Positions 25,790-35,962 of a stretch of 64,000 nucleotides of DNA are shown here, one piece after another. Source of the DNA: a virus (lineage: Duplodnaviria; Caudoviricetes). The notes beneath the pieces are model-generated. The model was not told the DNA's origin. It made no database searches and saw only the letters and a list, made by a program, of their open reading frames with translations. How positions within the stretch are numbered: position 1 is the stretch's first letter; each line of letters begins with the position of its first letter. Where the stretch lies: the IMG/VR virus record IMGVR_UViG_3300025087_000034; one strand, written 5' to 3'. A program made the translations under genes and the position numbers.

Positions 25790-26539
25790 ATGCCTACCTT
25801 GACTTTAGAAGATCTGCAAATAAGTGGAAGAATTCTTGCCTCAGCTTTAAAATTATCTAAAACCCTTCTTTTTAAGGGTAAAACCACAAAACAAACAGAT
25901 TTAGTGATAGAAGAATTTATACGTGATATGGGGGGAGAACCTTCCTTTTTGGGGTTGGGGGGTTTTCCTAATTCTATTTGTGCTTCATTCAATGAAGTAA
26001 TAGCTCATGGACTTCCCTCCGATAGAAGACCAGAGGAAGGGGATTTGATAAAGATAGATATAGGAGTGGCCTATAACAGTAATCACACCGATGCAGCCAG
26101 AACTTTTTCAATCGGTGATAAAAAAGAAAATACCAAGATAATACAAGCAGTTGATAAGGCTCTTGATGATGGTATAAATAAAGCAATACTAGGAAATAAG
26201 GTAGGGGATATTTCCTATGCTATACAGAGGGTTCTTTTGGTAGCCGGGTATAAATCACCTTTGGAGATAGGCGGGCACGGTATAGGACTTAGTCCCCATC
26301 TTGGACCTTTTATCCCAAATTCTGGTCCTCCTGGTATAGGTTCAGAATTATCCTTAGGTATGTGTATTGCTATAGAACCTCTGGCAATAAAAAGAAGTAA
26401 TAAGATAAAAACAGGAAAAGACGGGTTCTCCCTTTATTCCCCAACTACTAAATTAACTGGACATGCAGAAGATACGGTAGTCATCATGGAAGTGCCCTTA
26501 ATACTTACTAGAACTACCCTAGAGGGGGGAGTTGCTTAG
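25790..26539 (+). CDS. map: Methionine aminopeptidase type I
   Basis: NEVIAHG, KIDIG, HTDAART, GHGIG..PH, AIEP, HAEDT: all metal ligands present. Confidence 0.93.
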   Translation: MPTLTLEDLQISGRILASALKLSKTLLFKGKTTKQTDLVIEEFIRDMGGEPSFLGLGGFPNSICASFNEVIAHGLPSDRRPEEGDLIKIDIGVAYNSNHTDAARTFSIGDKKENTKIIQAVDKALDDGINKAILGNKVGDISYAIQRVLLVAGYKSPLEIGGHGIGLSPHLGPFIPNSGPPGIGSELSLGMCIAIEPLAIKRSNKIKTGKDGFSLYSPTTKLTGHAEDTVVIMEVPLILTRTTLEGGVA

Positions 26540-26674
26540 CCCAAAAGGTAGGGGTATAATTAATATGAGGTTATTTTTATTTTAAATAGTTAGGGGGGGG
26601 GTCATTAAAATTTTTTTCGCCGGCCAAAAAAATAGTTCACCTACAAGGTAATTAAACCAAGAGGATTCAAAAAG

Positions 26675-27478
26675 ATGAGAAAATTGTCTCTTGCTTTAGT
26701 TCTGGTTTTAATGACACAAGTATTAACTTCTTGTGTAGCTGTACCTACACCACAAGGTCCTGATGATAGTGACTTGATGCCCTATATTTCAGAAAGAACT
26801 GTTCAGGTCAAAATATATAGAAGATTATACGACGGTGATAAGATATTTAAAGAGACTACCCCTCATGGATGGGGAACGGGGACCGTTCTTTGGTCTAAGG
26901 ACCTATATTCTTACGTCTTAACGGCTCAGCATGTTGTTGCTACAGATGGAGATTTTGCTATTATATACGATGAACAGACTAAAGATTTTAAGATCCTAAG
27001 GGCTGAGTATTTTATTACCCTAGAGAGACGGAATCTAAGAAACGAGGTTGTAGATATTGCTGTCCACGTAGAAATTGTAAAAACTAATAGTAAACTCGAT
27101 TTAGCACTTTTGAAGGTACCTTACCACTTTGGTATAGATAACACTAACGTAGCTTTGGGTGTGAAATTAGGTGAAAAAATACATTGTGTAGGATATCCTT
27201 CACAGAGATATATAAAAGGGGCCCACATTTCTTATGCTTTTGGGCATATTATGAGTATAAACCTGGGACAAAAGAGTCACCCTGGAGTCATTCGTATAGG
27301 AATGGGGCTTTACAACGGGTCCAGCGGTGGAGGAATTTTTAACGAGAGAGGGGAGCTGGTTGCTGTTACTCAGTTTATGGCCGGTTGGCCCACAGATTCC
27401 GGGTTCTTGCCATTGCAAAATTCTTTCTACGGTGTGGGCCCACAGGCTATAAGACATTTCCTTTATACTCAAAAATAA
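26675..27478 (+). CDS. Trypsin-like (S1) serine protease with a lipoprotein-type N-terminus
   Basis: LTAQH, DLALL, GSSGGG catalytic triad; LTSC lipobox-like. Confidence 0.88.
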   Translation: MRKLSLALVLVLMTQVLTSCVAVPTPQGPDDSDLMPYISERTVQVKIYRRLYDGDKIFKETTPHGWGTGTVLWSKDLYSYVLTAQHVVATDGDFAIIYDEQTKDFKILRAEYFITLERRNLRNEVVDIAVHVEIVKTNSKLDLALLKVPYHFGIDNTNVALGVKLGEKIHCVGYPSQRYIKGAHISYAFGHIMSINLGQKSHPGVIRIGMGLYNGSSGGGIFNERGELVAVTQFMAGWPTDSGFLPLQNSFYGVGPQAIRHFLYTQK

Positions 27479-27522
27479 GAAATTTTTAGCGCGCTAAAAA
27501 GAAGAAACTGTAACCATATCTT

Positions 27523-28215
27523 ATGAGTAAGAAATTAACACTAGATTTTGTTAAAGAAGAATTTAAAAGAAGAGGTTATACTTTATTATCTAAAAAATAT
27601 ACTGGTGCATTTCAAAAACTAAAATTTAAATGTAGTAAAGGACATATAAGATACATTACATGGAGTCATTTTAAATATAATAGAAAATGTATAGAGTGTG
27701 TATTGGAGGATAGGTCTTTAAATATAGACTATGTTTGGCAATGTTTTGAAGATAGGGGTTATACACTTAAATCGGATAGTATAAGTGACTCAAAACAAAA
27801 ACTAGATTATATTTGTAAAAAAGGACACAGTGGTGCTATCAGGTGGAATGACTTTCAACAGGGTCATGGGTGTCTCTTATGTGCTGACTCTTCTATATCT
27901 AGTATGTCTCAACGGTGGTTGGACTCTCTAGGTATTGATAACATTATTGGGAAGACTAGAGAAGTTCCCTTTGTAATAAAAGGTAGAAAGATACTTGTTG
28001 ATGGTTTTGACTCTTCAACAAATACTATATATGAATTTCTTGGTGATTATTGGCATGGAAATCCTGAAAGATTTCCAAGTGGAAAAACGAATAAAACCGT
28101 ACATAAAACATTTGGGTTTTTATATAAGTTTACTATGGAAAGATTGAATGATATTCGGAAGGAAGGATTTAATCTTGTGTATATTTGGGAAGGGGATTAT
28201 AGTCATTTTACATAA
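27523..28215 (+). mobile_element. Putative homing endonuclease: two Zn-finger repeats plus a PD-(D/E)xK-type nuclease
   Basis: GYTLLS..Y..KC.KGH..W..F..C..C repeats; VDGFD..TNTIYEFLGDYWHGNP..YIWE C-terminus. Confidence 0.75.
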
Positions 28216-28229
28216 CTGGAGGATTTAGG

Positions 28230-29165
28230 ATGGAAAATTCAACTAAAATCCCCGAGCGGTGCTTGGGGAGTATCAATTCAGGTATATACTGTATATGTAA
28301 TTTAGTTAACGGGAAGATGTATATTGGCAGTGCTTGCAATCTAAACAAGCGTTGGAAAGATCATAGAAGTTCATTAGTTAGAAGAAAGCACCATAGTCAC
28401 TATTTACAGGCTGCTTGGGATAAATATGGTGAAGAAAACTTTTATTTTGAAGTCCTAGAATTTGTAAATGATAAAAATAATCTTATTTCTAGAGAGCAGT
28501 TTTGGTTAGACTACGTATACACGTCTGATAGATGTATCGGATATAACATTAGTCCTATTGCTGGTAATTGTTTGGGTATTAAGCGCTCAGAAAAATTTAG
28601 ACGGAAACTATCTGAGGCTTTTAAAGGTGAGAAAAACCCTAATTATGGTAAGCCTATGTTGGAAGAGCAAAAGAAAAAGTTGTTTGATGTTAATAAAGGT
28701 AAGGTAGTGTCAGAGAAAACCAGACATAGGTTGTCTGAGGCCAGAAAAGGTAAAAAACATCCTAACTATGGTAAGCATCTTTCAGAGGAGACCAAACAGA
28801 GGATATCTGAGGCTAATAAAGGTGAAAGCCATCCTAATTATGGTAAACATTTTTCAGAGGAAACCAAGCAGAGAATATCCAGGGCCCTCAGAGGTAAGGT
28901 AGTGTCAGAGGAAACCAGACAGAGATTATCTGAGGCCCTTAAAGGTGAAAACCATCCTAATTATGGTAAACATCTTTCGGAGGAAGTGAGAAAAAAAATG
29001 TCTGAAGCACAAAGTCCAAAACGTTGGGAGTTTCTTGGAAAATCCCAGACATTAAGAGAGTGGGCTACAGAATACGGGTTTGATACAGACATAATTAATA
29101 ATAGGGTTAATACTCACGGGTGGAGTCTTGCACGCGCTCTTACTACCCCGATATATAAAAGGTAG
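28230..29165 (+). mobile_element. GIY-YIG homing endonuclease with multiple NUMOD3 repeats
   Basis: SGIYCICNLVNGKMYIG; repeated HPNYGKH.SEETK..ISEA.KG. Confidence 0.9.
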
Positions 29166-29317
29166 CTTTATATAATCTTTTTTTATTTTTTCTTTACATT
29201 TCTGAAAAAGTGTATTATATCTTAGTATATAGAGGAAGGGGTTTCCTCTTGGCACCAAATCTCCCATAAGCGTGTCAAAATCAACTTATTTTTATCTTTC
29301 AAGGAGTTTAGGAACTA

Positions 29318-29542
29318 ATGGATGAATTAAAAACAGTATGTGATTTACATTCAACCGTACGATGGTTTAATGGAAAAACGGGAATTGGTTTCTTGGTTGG
29401 GCCTGAGGGCCAAGATATCTTTTGTCACTTTTCCTTTATTGTGATGGAAGGGTTTAAGACCTTGGCCAAAAACCAGGAAGTGGTGTATGACTTGGTCGAG
29501 ACGCCCCGTGGGTTACAGGCACATAACATCCGCCCGATCTAG
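29318..29542 (+). CDS. csp: Cold-shock domain protein
   Basis: VRWFN..GIGF, DIFCHFS.I...GFKTL...Q.V.Y. Confidence 0.92.
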   Translation: MDELKTVCDLHSTVRWFNGKTGIGFLVGPEGQDIFCHFSFIVMEGFKTLAKNQEVVYDLVETPRGLQAHNIRPI

Positions 29543-29956
29543 ATGAGTCTCGTGTTTTTAGAAGAAAACAAGAAAGCAGTATTAAGTTCGGTTGAAGACC
29601 TACTTAAGGGTCTAAATCTTTATTTTGAGGACAAAGAAGGTTTTTTATTGGCTATACAGAAGATTAACAATCTTGTGGAAGATTATTATAAATATGATCG
29701 ACAGCAAGAGAAGCTAGAGTCCAAAACTATAATATCAGACAGTGGTGAAACTATAAAAGATTTAAGAAGCTATATATCTGAGCTTAAGTTCAAATTGTCT
29801 ATATTTAGGAAGATTCATTCTTTGTCCAAAACTAACAATCTGTTTGTTGAAAATAAAGTTATCAGTGAAGAAGCTGTAATAACCTCTATATATTCTTATG
29901 AAGAGACTATTAGTGCTTTAGAACAGAGACTGAACAAAATATTAACTAATTACTAG
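29543..29956 (+). CDS. Hypothetical coiled-coil protein
   Basis: 137-aa ORF. Confidence 0.6.
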   Translation: MSLVFLEENKKAVLSSVEDLLKGLNLYFEDKEGFLLAIQKINNLVEDYYKYDRQQEKLESKTIISDSGETIKDLRSYISELKFKLSIFRKIHSLSKTNNLFVENKVISEEAVITSIYSYEETISALEQRLNKILTNY

Positions 29957-30010
29957 TAGCCGCAGGCACGGTGCTTGCGGTAGGTGATCACTAAACATTA
30001 GGAGGAAAAA

Positions 30011-30187
30011 ATGGCTGCATCATTTCACATTGTGAAGAACGGCGTAGTCACGGCTATTACCTCCGCTGGTGTGCAAACCAACCTGGCTCATGGAAATCCG
30101 TCTGGCGAGGGTCCCGGAGTAGGGAAGTTTTCAACGAAAGTTCGCACTAGCGGTCCGGTAAGTGACGTTCACGGCAAGTCTCACTAA
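30011..30187 (+). CDS. Unannotated 58-aa Gly/Ser-rich protein
   Basis: AGGAGG RBS; MAASFHIVKNGVVTAITSAGVQTNLAHGNPSGEGPGVGKFSTKVRTSGPVSDVHGKSH. Confidence 0.65.
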   Translation: MAASFHIVKNGVVTAITSAGVQTNLAHGNPSGEGPGVGKFSTKVRTSGPVSDVHGKSH

Positions 30188-30244
30188 AGAAAAGCCCCCA
30201 AGCTGTGACTACGTTATAGTTGTGGGGGCACAAGGAGATCTAAA

Positions 30245-30499
30245 ATGGAAGATACTTTAAATTTTTTCTGTGTTGTTTATGTAGATGATAATGGTGAATT
30301 ATGTATGTGTAATATTGAATTTAAAAAGACTTGTAAACGTAGGTTGATAGGTGATTTAGATTGTAGGGAAAGTTCGGTACGTGTGACACCTATTCAGATA
30401 ACAGATGATAGTCAGATAATTTTTTCTAGCGCGCTAGAAAAAATTAATGATAGTAGAAAATCAATTATTAACCATATTAAAAAGGTGGGCAGAAAATGA
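30245..30499 (+). CDS. Hypothetical Cys-containing protein
   Basis: 84-aa ORF, AAGGAG RBS. Confidence 0.6.
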   Translation: MEDTLNFFCVVYVDDNGELCMCNIEFKKTCKRRLIGDLDCRESSVRVTPIQITDDSQIIFSSALEKINDSRKSIINHIKKVGRK

Positions 30500-31158
30500 T
30501 TTTAGGTTTTTCTGGCAAGGCATTCTCAGGTAAAGATACTTGTGCAGACTATCTTATAGATAAATATAATTTTGTTGGTAAAATAGGTTTTTCATACAAT
30601 TTAAAGAATGCATGTTCCGAAATATTTAATTTAACTAAGGAACAGGTCTATACTCAAGAAGGTAAAACTTCATTATTAAATAAAAAAGTAGTTGTCAATT
30701 TTGATATTTTGTCTTATATTATTAAATGGATGAATAAAACCCACCAAGTATCTATTTATAGTAAAGAATATAAACACTTGGTGGGGAAGACTCTTTTAAC
30801 TTCTAGAGATATTTTACAGTTTGTTGGAACGGATATTATGAGGTACTATATTCCTTCTTATCCTGCCGATGTTACTATAATGGATATAGCACAGATGAGT
30901 AAAAAGGGCAGTATGGCTGTTGTAGATTTAAGATTTCCTAATGAGGTAGAGAGAGTTCGTTCCATTGGTGGCAATATTGTAAGAGTAGAGAGACCAGATG
31001 AGTTACGAGCTTTATATGGTTGTCTAACTAATACTCAGCATGCTTCAGAAGTGGCATTAGATGATATGGAAAATTGGGATTATATCTTAAATAATAATAA
31101 GAATGATCTTAACGATTTCTATAATAAAATAGATGAGATGCTAGATAAGTTGGAGTAA
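30496..31158 (+). CDS. Deoxynucleoside monophosphate kinase (T4 gp1-like)
   Basis: GKAFSGKDT, RDILQFVGTD, DLRFPNE, HASE motifs. Confidence 0.88.
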   Translation: MILGFSGKAFSGKDTCADYLIDKYNFVGKIGFSYNLKNACSEIFNLTKEQVYTQEGKTSLLNKKVVVNFDILSYIIKWMNKTHQVSIYSKEYKHLVGKTLLTSRDILQFVGTDIMRYYIPSYPADVTIMDIAQMSKKGSMAVVDLRFPNEVERVRSIGGNIVRVERPDELRALYGCLTNTQHASEVALDDMENWDYILNNNKNDLNDFYNKIDEMLDKLE

Positions 31159-31162
31159 AAAA

Positions 31163-31381
31163 ATGAGTATAGAAGACCAGATTCCAATAATAAGAAAACC
31201 TATAAGACAATACCCCTTACCACAGAATGTTAAAGAGCTTGACTATCCATGGCCAGAAGAAATCCTTAATAGATATGTAAGAGTTCCTTTGTTTAGAGAT
31301 ACTTATCATGTAGGGTCTGGAGACAGCCCTATTGTTTTAAAACCCAACAAGGGTAAGAGTAAATTACTTTATAAACTTTAG
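31163..31381 (+). CDS. Hypothetical protein
   Basis: 72-aa ORF. Confidence 0.55.
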   Translation: MSIEDQIPIIRKPIRQYPLPQNVKELDYPWPEEILNRYVRVPLFRDTYHVGSGDSPIVLKPNKGKSKLLYKL

Positions 31382-31390
31382 GAGATTTTT

Positions 31391-31672
31391 ATGTCAAACA
31401 GATTTAATGAGATGTACAGAGAGGCTCCAAACGCTAAGGATAGTCCTATTAAATATAGGAATAAAATCCATAGTGAAAGTAGAAAAGACAAGAATTTACC
31501 TTATACGTTCTCAAAGCCTACGAAGGATAAGGCTCGTAGGGTGTATGTTCAGTGTACTAGGTGTGGTCGAGATTTCTTTGTAACCGAGGATACCATTTTA
31601 GCAATTTGTTTGTGTGGTGAGATTTCTAGATTAAAGGATTCAAGGCGTAAAGGGGATTTAGAAGATGTCTAA
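31391..31672 (+). CDS. Hypothetical Zn-ribbon protein
   Basis: CTRCG..CLCG. Confidence 0.6.
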   Translation: MSNRFNEMYREAPNAKDSPIKYRNKIHSESRKDKNLPYTFSKPTKDKARRVYVQCTRCGRDFFVTEDTILAICLCGEISRLKDSRRKGDLEDV

Positions 31673-32150
31673 ATGGCATATCTGGGCTATACATCAGCAT
31701 AAGTACGATGCTATAAACTATTTTATAGAGACAGATGTTCCTGAAATAGAGGAAGCTTTTTTTCCTACTGTTCTTAGGGAAAAGAAAGTAGGGAACAGGG
31801 TTTATAAGAGTCGAAAACCACTATACCATGGATATTTGTTTTTAAAGTATTCTGATGATGATGATAGTTCGGTTTTTTATAAGTTAAGGTCTAATCCTTT
31901 TATAACTACATATGTTGGTGTTTGTTCTGGGGCAGAAGTTGCTGTTATGCAGAAGAAAGAAGAGTGGAACGTTCTTAAGAAAGAAGTAGAGGCTGGCAAT
32001 AGTGTGGAAATAATGTGTGGGCCTTTGGCAGGAAACCGTGGTGTAGTTGAGGCTATAAATGGTAATAGAATAACCATAAAGACCAAGTTATTTGGTCGTG
32101 AGGTTTTGCATATATTATCCGCGGATGATATTGATATTACAGGGAAATAA
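31665..32150 (+). CDS. nusG: NusG-family transcription factor (NGN + KOW)
   Basis: N-terminal W..W, FFP...K...KPLYHGYLF, C-terminal G..VEIMCGPLAG..GVV....KLFGR. Confidence 0.85.
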   Translation: MSKWHIWAIHQHKYDAINYFIETDVPEIEEAFFPTVLREKKVGNRVYKSRKPLYHGYLFLKYSDDDDSSVFYKLRSNPFITTYVGVCSGAEVAVMQKKEEWNVLKKEVEAGNSVEIMCGPLAGNRGVVEAINGNRITIKTKLFGREVLHILSADDIDITGK

Positions 32151-32155
32151 AAATT

Positions 32156-32923
32156 TTGGGCGCACCAAGAAAAAATAAAAAAGGAGAAGTTATAGACTCC
32201 ATTTCTGGTGAAGAAAAATTAGGTAGGGACCTAATAGCAGAATTAGCAGAAAAAGAATGGGCTGTTGCACCAGTTCCTACCGAAGAGGAACTGAAACAAG
32301 AAAAACCAAAAAGTAAAATGACCAGAACTAATGTCAACAGCCGCAAGAATCTAATGCAGTATAGAAAAAACAAACCAAAAGAAGCAAAAGAAAAAATATT
32401 AGAGAATTTACCATTAAAAGAAAAAAGAGAAGTAGTAAATCCATTTGACTATATAAAACTTCCTGATAGTTTTGATAAAGAATATTTTAAAGCTTTCCTA
32501 CCCCAACGAAATGTACTTTTTTCTGCTGAAGAAGAAAAGAATTTTTATAGAATACTAAATGCGTTTTTATTAGACTTTGATATAACTGAATTATCTGCTT
32601 CTGACCTTGAAGACGTAGTTAGTCTTGCTGTAAATAGGGTGCTAGAATCTAGACTTTTGGAAGCTTCTGTGAAAAACCCTACTTTATTGTTAGATATTTC
32701 AAGTACCATAGAGCGCTTTAGAAAACACTCAGAAAAAGTTAAGAGTAATCTTGTATCTAGACGTTCGGACAGAATAGATGTTAAAAATAAACAGTCCTTT
32801 AGTATTGTAGATATTGTGAATGAGTATGATGAGAAGAAGAAAGCAGAGTTTGAAGAACGTGTAAAGAAGATGGAAGATGAAGAAAGGTCTTTTTGGGAAG
32901 AAAGAAAGAATAAGGAATTATAG
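32156..32923 (+). CDS. terS: Putative terminase small subunit
   Basis: Position upstream of terL, basic N-terminus, helical; no diagnostic motif. Confidence 0.45.
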   Translation: MGAPRKNKKGEVIDSISGEEKLGRDLIAELAEKEWAVAPVPTEEELKQEKPKSKMTRTNVNSRKNLMQYRKNKPKEAKEKILENLPLKEKREVVNPFDYIKLPDSFDKEYFKAFLPQRNVLFSAEEEKNFYRILNAFLLDFDITELSASDLEDVVSLAVNRVLESRLLEASVKNPTLLLDISSTIERFRKHSEKVKSNLVSRRSDRIDVKNKQSFSIVDIVNEYDEKKKAEFEERVKKMEDEERSFWEERKNKEL

Positions 32924-32925
32924 CC

Positions 32926-34212
32926 ATGTGCGAAGACTGTACTAAGTGTCAGGTTGGTAGCCATAATAAGGTTAGTGTGGCGGTTAGGTGCATATATACA
33001 GGAAGGGTACCTACGTTGTTTGAGTACAGTGCCCAGCTTAGTGATGAATGGTACCAAGAGAGAAATGGTGATTTAACTCCCAAAGATGTTACCATGGGTA
33101 GTACTCGTGTTGTTTGGTGGAAACATACGGCAAGAGGCGGGGTGGAACATGTTTGGCAGGCAGCCATATATAGCAGGGTTACTAATGGGTGCCCATATTG
33201 TGGTAATCGTAAGGTCGGGTATGGCAATGATTTAAAAACTGTTAATCCTTTATTGGCAGAAGAGTGGCACCCTACAAAGAATGAAGAGGGACCAGAGAGG
33301 GTTCTTCCTGGCTCGCATAAGAAGGTTTGGTGGTCCCACGTAGCTAAAGACGGGTGCCTACATGAGTGGGAGGCTGCTATTTATAGTAGGGTTATCAGTG
33401 GGTGCCCTTATTGTAATTGTAAACTGGCTGGCTACGGCAATGACTTGGCTACCAAACACCCAGGGCTGGTAGAACAGTGGCACAAGACAAAAAATAGTAA
33501 GAAACCAGAAGAGTACTTGCCTAACTCTCATGTCTCGGTTTGGTGGCAACATACCACTATTGATGGCCAGGTACATGAGTGGGAGGCTATTATTGCTAAT
33601 AGGTCGGATAAAAATCAGAAGTGTCCCTATTGTTCTAGCCATCGTGTAGGATATGGCAATGATTTTAAATCTTGTCACCCAGACTTAGCTTTGGAGTGGC
33701 ACCCTATTAAGAACGAGTTTGGACCTGGGCACTATATGCCCCAATCTAATCAAAAGGTCTGGTGGCAACATTTAGCTAAAGACGGGTCTATGCATGAGTG
33801 GTTTGCCACTATTTCAGGTAGAGTGGGTCAAAAAGGCAGGTGTGGAAAGGGGTGCCCTTTTTGTCCAGATGGAAGTATATCTAAAATTTCAGGGCTTTGG
33901 TTAAATGGCTTAGGGGTACCAGATTGTTATAATAAAAACAGGGAAGTTGTTTTAGGTGTTGGGGGCTATACTTTTCGAGTAGATGGTTTTGATCCTTCAA
34001 CAAACACTGTTTACGAGTTTCTTGGAAACTACTGGCACGGTAATCCGTCTATGTTTAGTTCAGATGAACTAAATAAAACAGTGGGTAAGACTTTTGGCCA
34101 GCTTTATCAAGAAACCATGGAAAGAATTAAACTTTTAGAAGACGTAGGATATAAAGTAATTTATATTTGGGAAAAAGACTTTAATAAACTAGTCAAGGAT
34201 AATATGGTTTAA
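32926..34212 (+). mobile_element. Putative homing endonuclease: four DUF4379-like Zn-ribbon repeats plus a PD-(D/E)xK-type nuclease
   Basis: P.L..EWHP.KN..P....S..KVWW.H..HEW...I..R..CPYC x4; VDGFD..YEFLGNYWHGNP. Confidence 0.75.
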
Positions 34213-35912
34213 TGGCTAATTTATTATTACGAAGTGGCAAACTTTATGACAGGGCGATGGAGCTAGTTGAGTTTTATCGTTGCAATCCAGTCGTTGCAGC
34301 ACAAGACCTACTGTTTCAAGATTTCCCAGCTGCACAAAAGATTATGTTAAACCATATGTGGAGCAGAGTTAATGTTATAATAACAGCAGGACGAGGGTGT
34401 GGTAAATCTAGAACGCTTGCTGTTTTGTCAGCTTTATATGCGATGTTATATCCAGGACAAAAAATCCTAATAATTGCACCATCTTACAGACAATCGAAAC
34501 ATGTATTTCAGGAACTAAAACAAATCTATACAGAAAGCCCTGTGTTGAGGGAAGCCTGTGATAAGAAACCTATCGTAAGTTCTGATAGGTGCTATTTAGA
34601 TTTTCGTGGGACTAATAATAGGTCAGGTAGTACTGTTGAGGCCTACCCTCTGGGGGTTGGCGATAAGATTAGAGGATTGCGGGGCCATCTTATTGTAGAA
34701 GACGAAATTGTCCATATACCTGAAGAAATCCATAATACGGTCATTGCCCCTATGGGAGCTACTTTTTCGGACCCCATGGCCAATGTGCGGAGAATGGAGA
34801 AACTTAACCAACAACTGGACTATGGTGTAATAACACAAGAAGAGTTTCAAGAACAAAAAGAAGGCAAGTCCTCAAACAAGATAGTTGGTGTTACTTCTGC
34901 AGATTTTCAGTTCAATTATGTCTATAAAAGGATAAAGGCTTTTGAGGAGCAAATAGCTAAGGGTAGTAAAAAATATTCTACTTTGTATTTTTCTTATGCT
35001 GATATGCCTGAAGGGTTTTTAGACAAGGATAATATTGAAACTGCCAAAGCCACGATGAGTAGTAGTGAGTTTAATAGAGAATACCGAGGCATTTGGGAAT
35101 CAGATAGCGACGGACTTTTTAAGGCATCACTTATAGAGTCCTGTCGATCTCAATCAAAAGAGGTTCAACCGGAGGGATTACCTGGAAGGGAGTATATCAT
35201 GGGGGTTGATCCAGCGAGGTCATCGGCCGCTTTTGCAGTAGTGGTTATTGAAAAGGCCTATCCTACCTCACACGTGGTAGCAGCTTTTCAAGCAACTAAT
35301 AATACTTTCCCCCAAATGGCACAAATAGTATATAATTTTAGTGAGAAGTTTAATGTAGTAATGTTACAGATGGATGCTGGAGCGGGCGGTGGTGGTATGG
35401 CGATTAAGGATATATTGTCCAGTCCCCTATTCTTTAAGGGACATTTACTTCTTGATATTGATGACCCTACCCACAAGAACTTGGTGGGTAGGAGAATAAT
35501 AAGAATGCATGATCCAAAACCGGGTACTGTTGCAGAGATGAATTACGCAGCATTAAATCTCTTAGAACAGGGGAAATTAAGATTTCCAAAACGTCCGGTT
35601 GATGGTGATGAAAAGAAGGAAGTTCTATTTGATGATATTTCTATAATGATAAAGCAGATTATTTCAGTTGTACCTACAGAGACTAGAAGTGGGGGAGTAC
35701 ATTTCGATATACCAGCATCTGGTCAGGGTAATAGAAAGAAGGACTTATACTCTGCTTTTTTGTTAGCTGCTAAGGCACTTTATGATATAATAAATGTTAG
35801 AGAGACATCAGATGTTGCTAATTTAGGTATAATAAGACCAGTAGAAAGTAGATTAATAAGTGGTCCAGTAATAACAAATGTAAGTAATTTTTCTAATCAT
35901 AGGGGTAGGTGA
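34212..35912 (+). CDS. terL: Terminase large subunit
   Basis: Walker A GRGCGKS, IAPSYRQ, Walker B IVEDE, RNase H-like MGVDPA. Confidence 0.92.
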   Translation: MANLLLRSGKLYDRAMELVEFYRCNPVVAAQDLLFQDFPAAQKIMLNHMWSRVNVIITAGRGCGKSRTLAVLSALYAMLYPGQKILIIAPSYRQSKHVFQELKQIYTESPVLREACDKKPIVSSDRCYLDFRGTNNRSGSTVEAYPLGVGDKIRGLRGHLIVEDEIVHIPEEIHNTVIAPMGATFSDPMANVRRMEKLNQQLDYGVITQEEFQEQKEGKSSNKIVGVTSADFQFNYVYKRIKAFEEQIAKGSKKYSTLYFSYADMPEGFLDKDNIETAKATMSSSEFNREYRGIWESDSDGLFKASLIESCRSQSKEVQPEGLPGREYIMGVDPARSSAAFAVVVIEKAYPTSHVVAAFQATNNTFPQMAQIVYNFSEKFNVVMLQMDAGAGGGGMAIKDILSSPLFFKGHLLLDIDDPTHKNLVGRRIIRMHDPKPGTVAEMNYAALNLLEQGKLRFPKRPVDGDEKKEVLFDDISIMIKQIISVVPTETRSGGVHFDIPASGQGNRKKDLYSAFLLAAKALYDIINVRETSDVANLGIIRPVESRLISGPVITNVSNFSNHRGR

Positions 35913-35962
35913 ACTTTTTTGGCGCGCGAAAAAAATTTAAACAATAAGGGTTTAGATATAAG

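Noticed and set aside
32926-34212. Intron- or intein-encoded endonuclease inside the terminase
   Set aside because: terL is a continuous ORF starting after this gene, so the endonuclease is free-standing.
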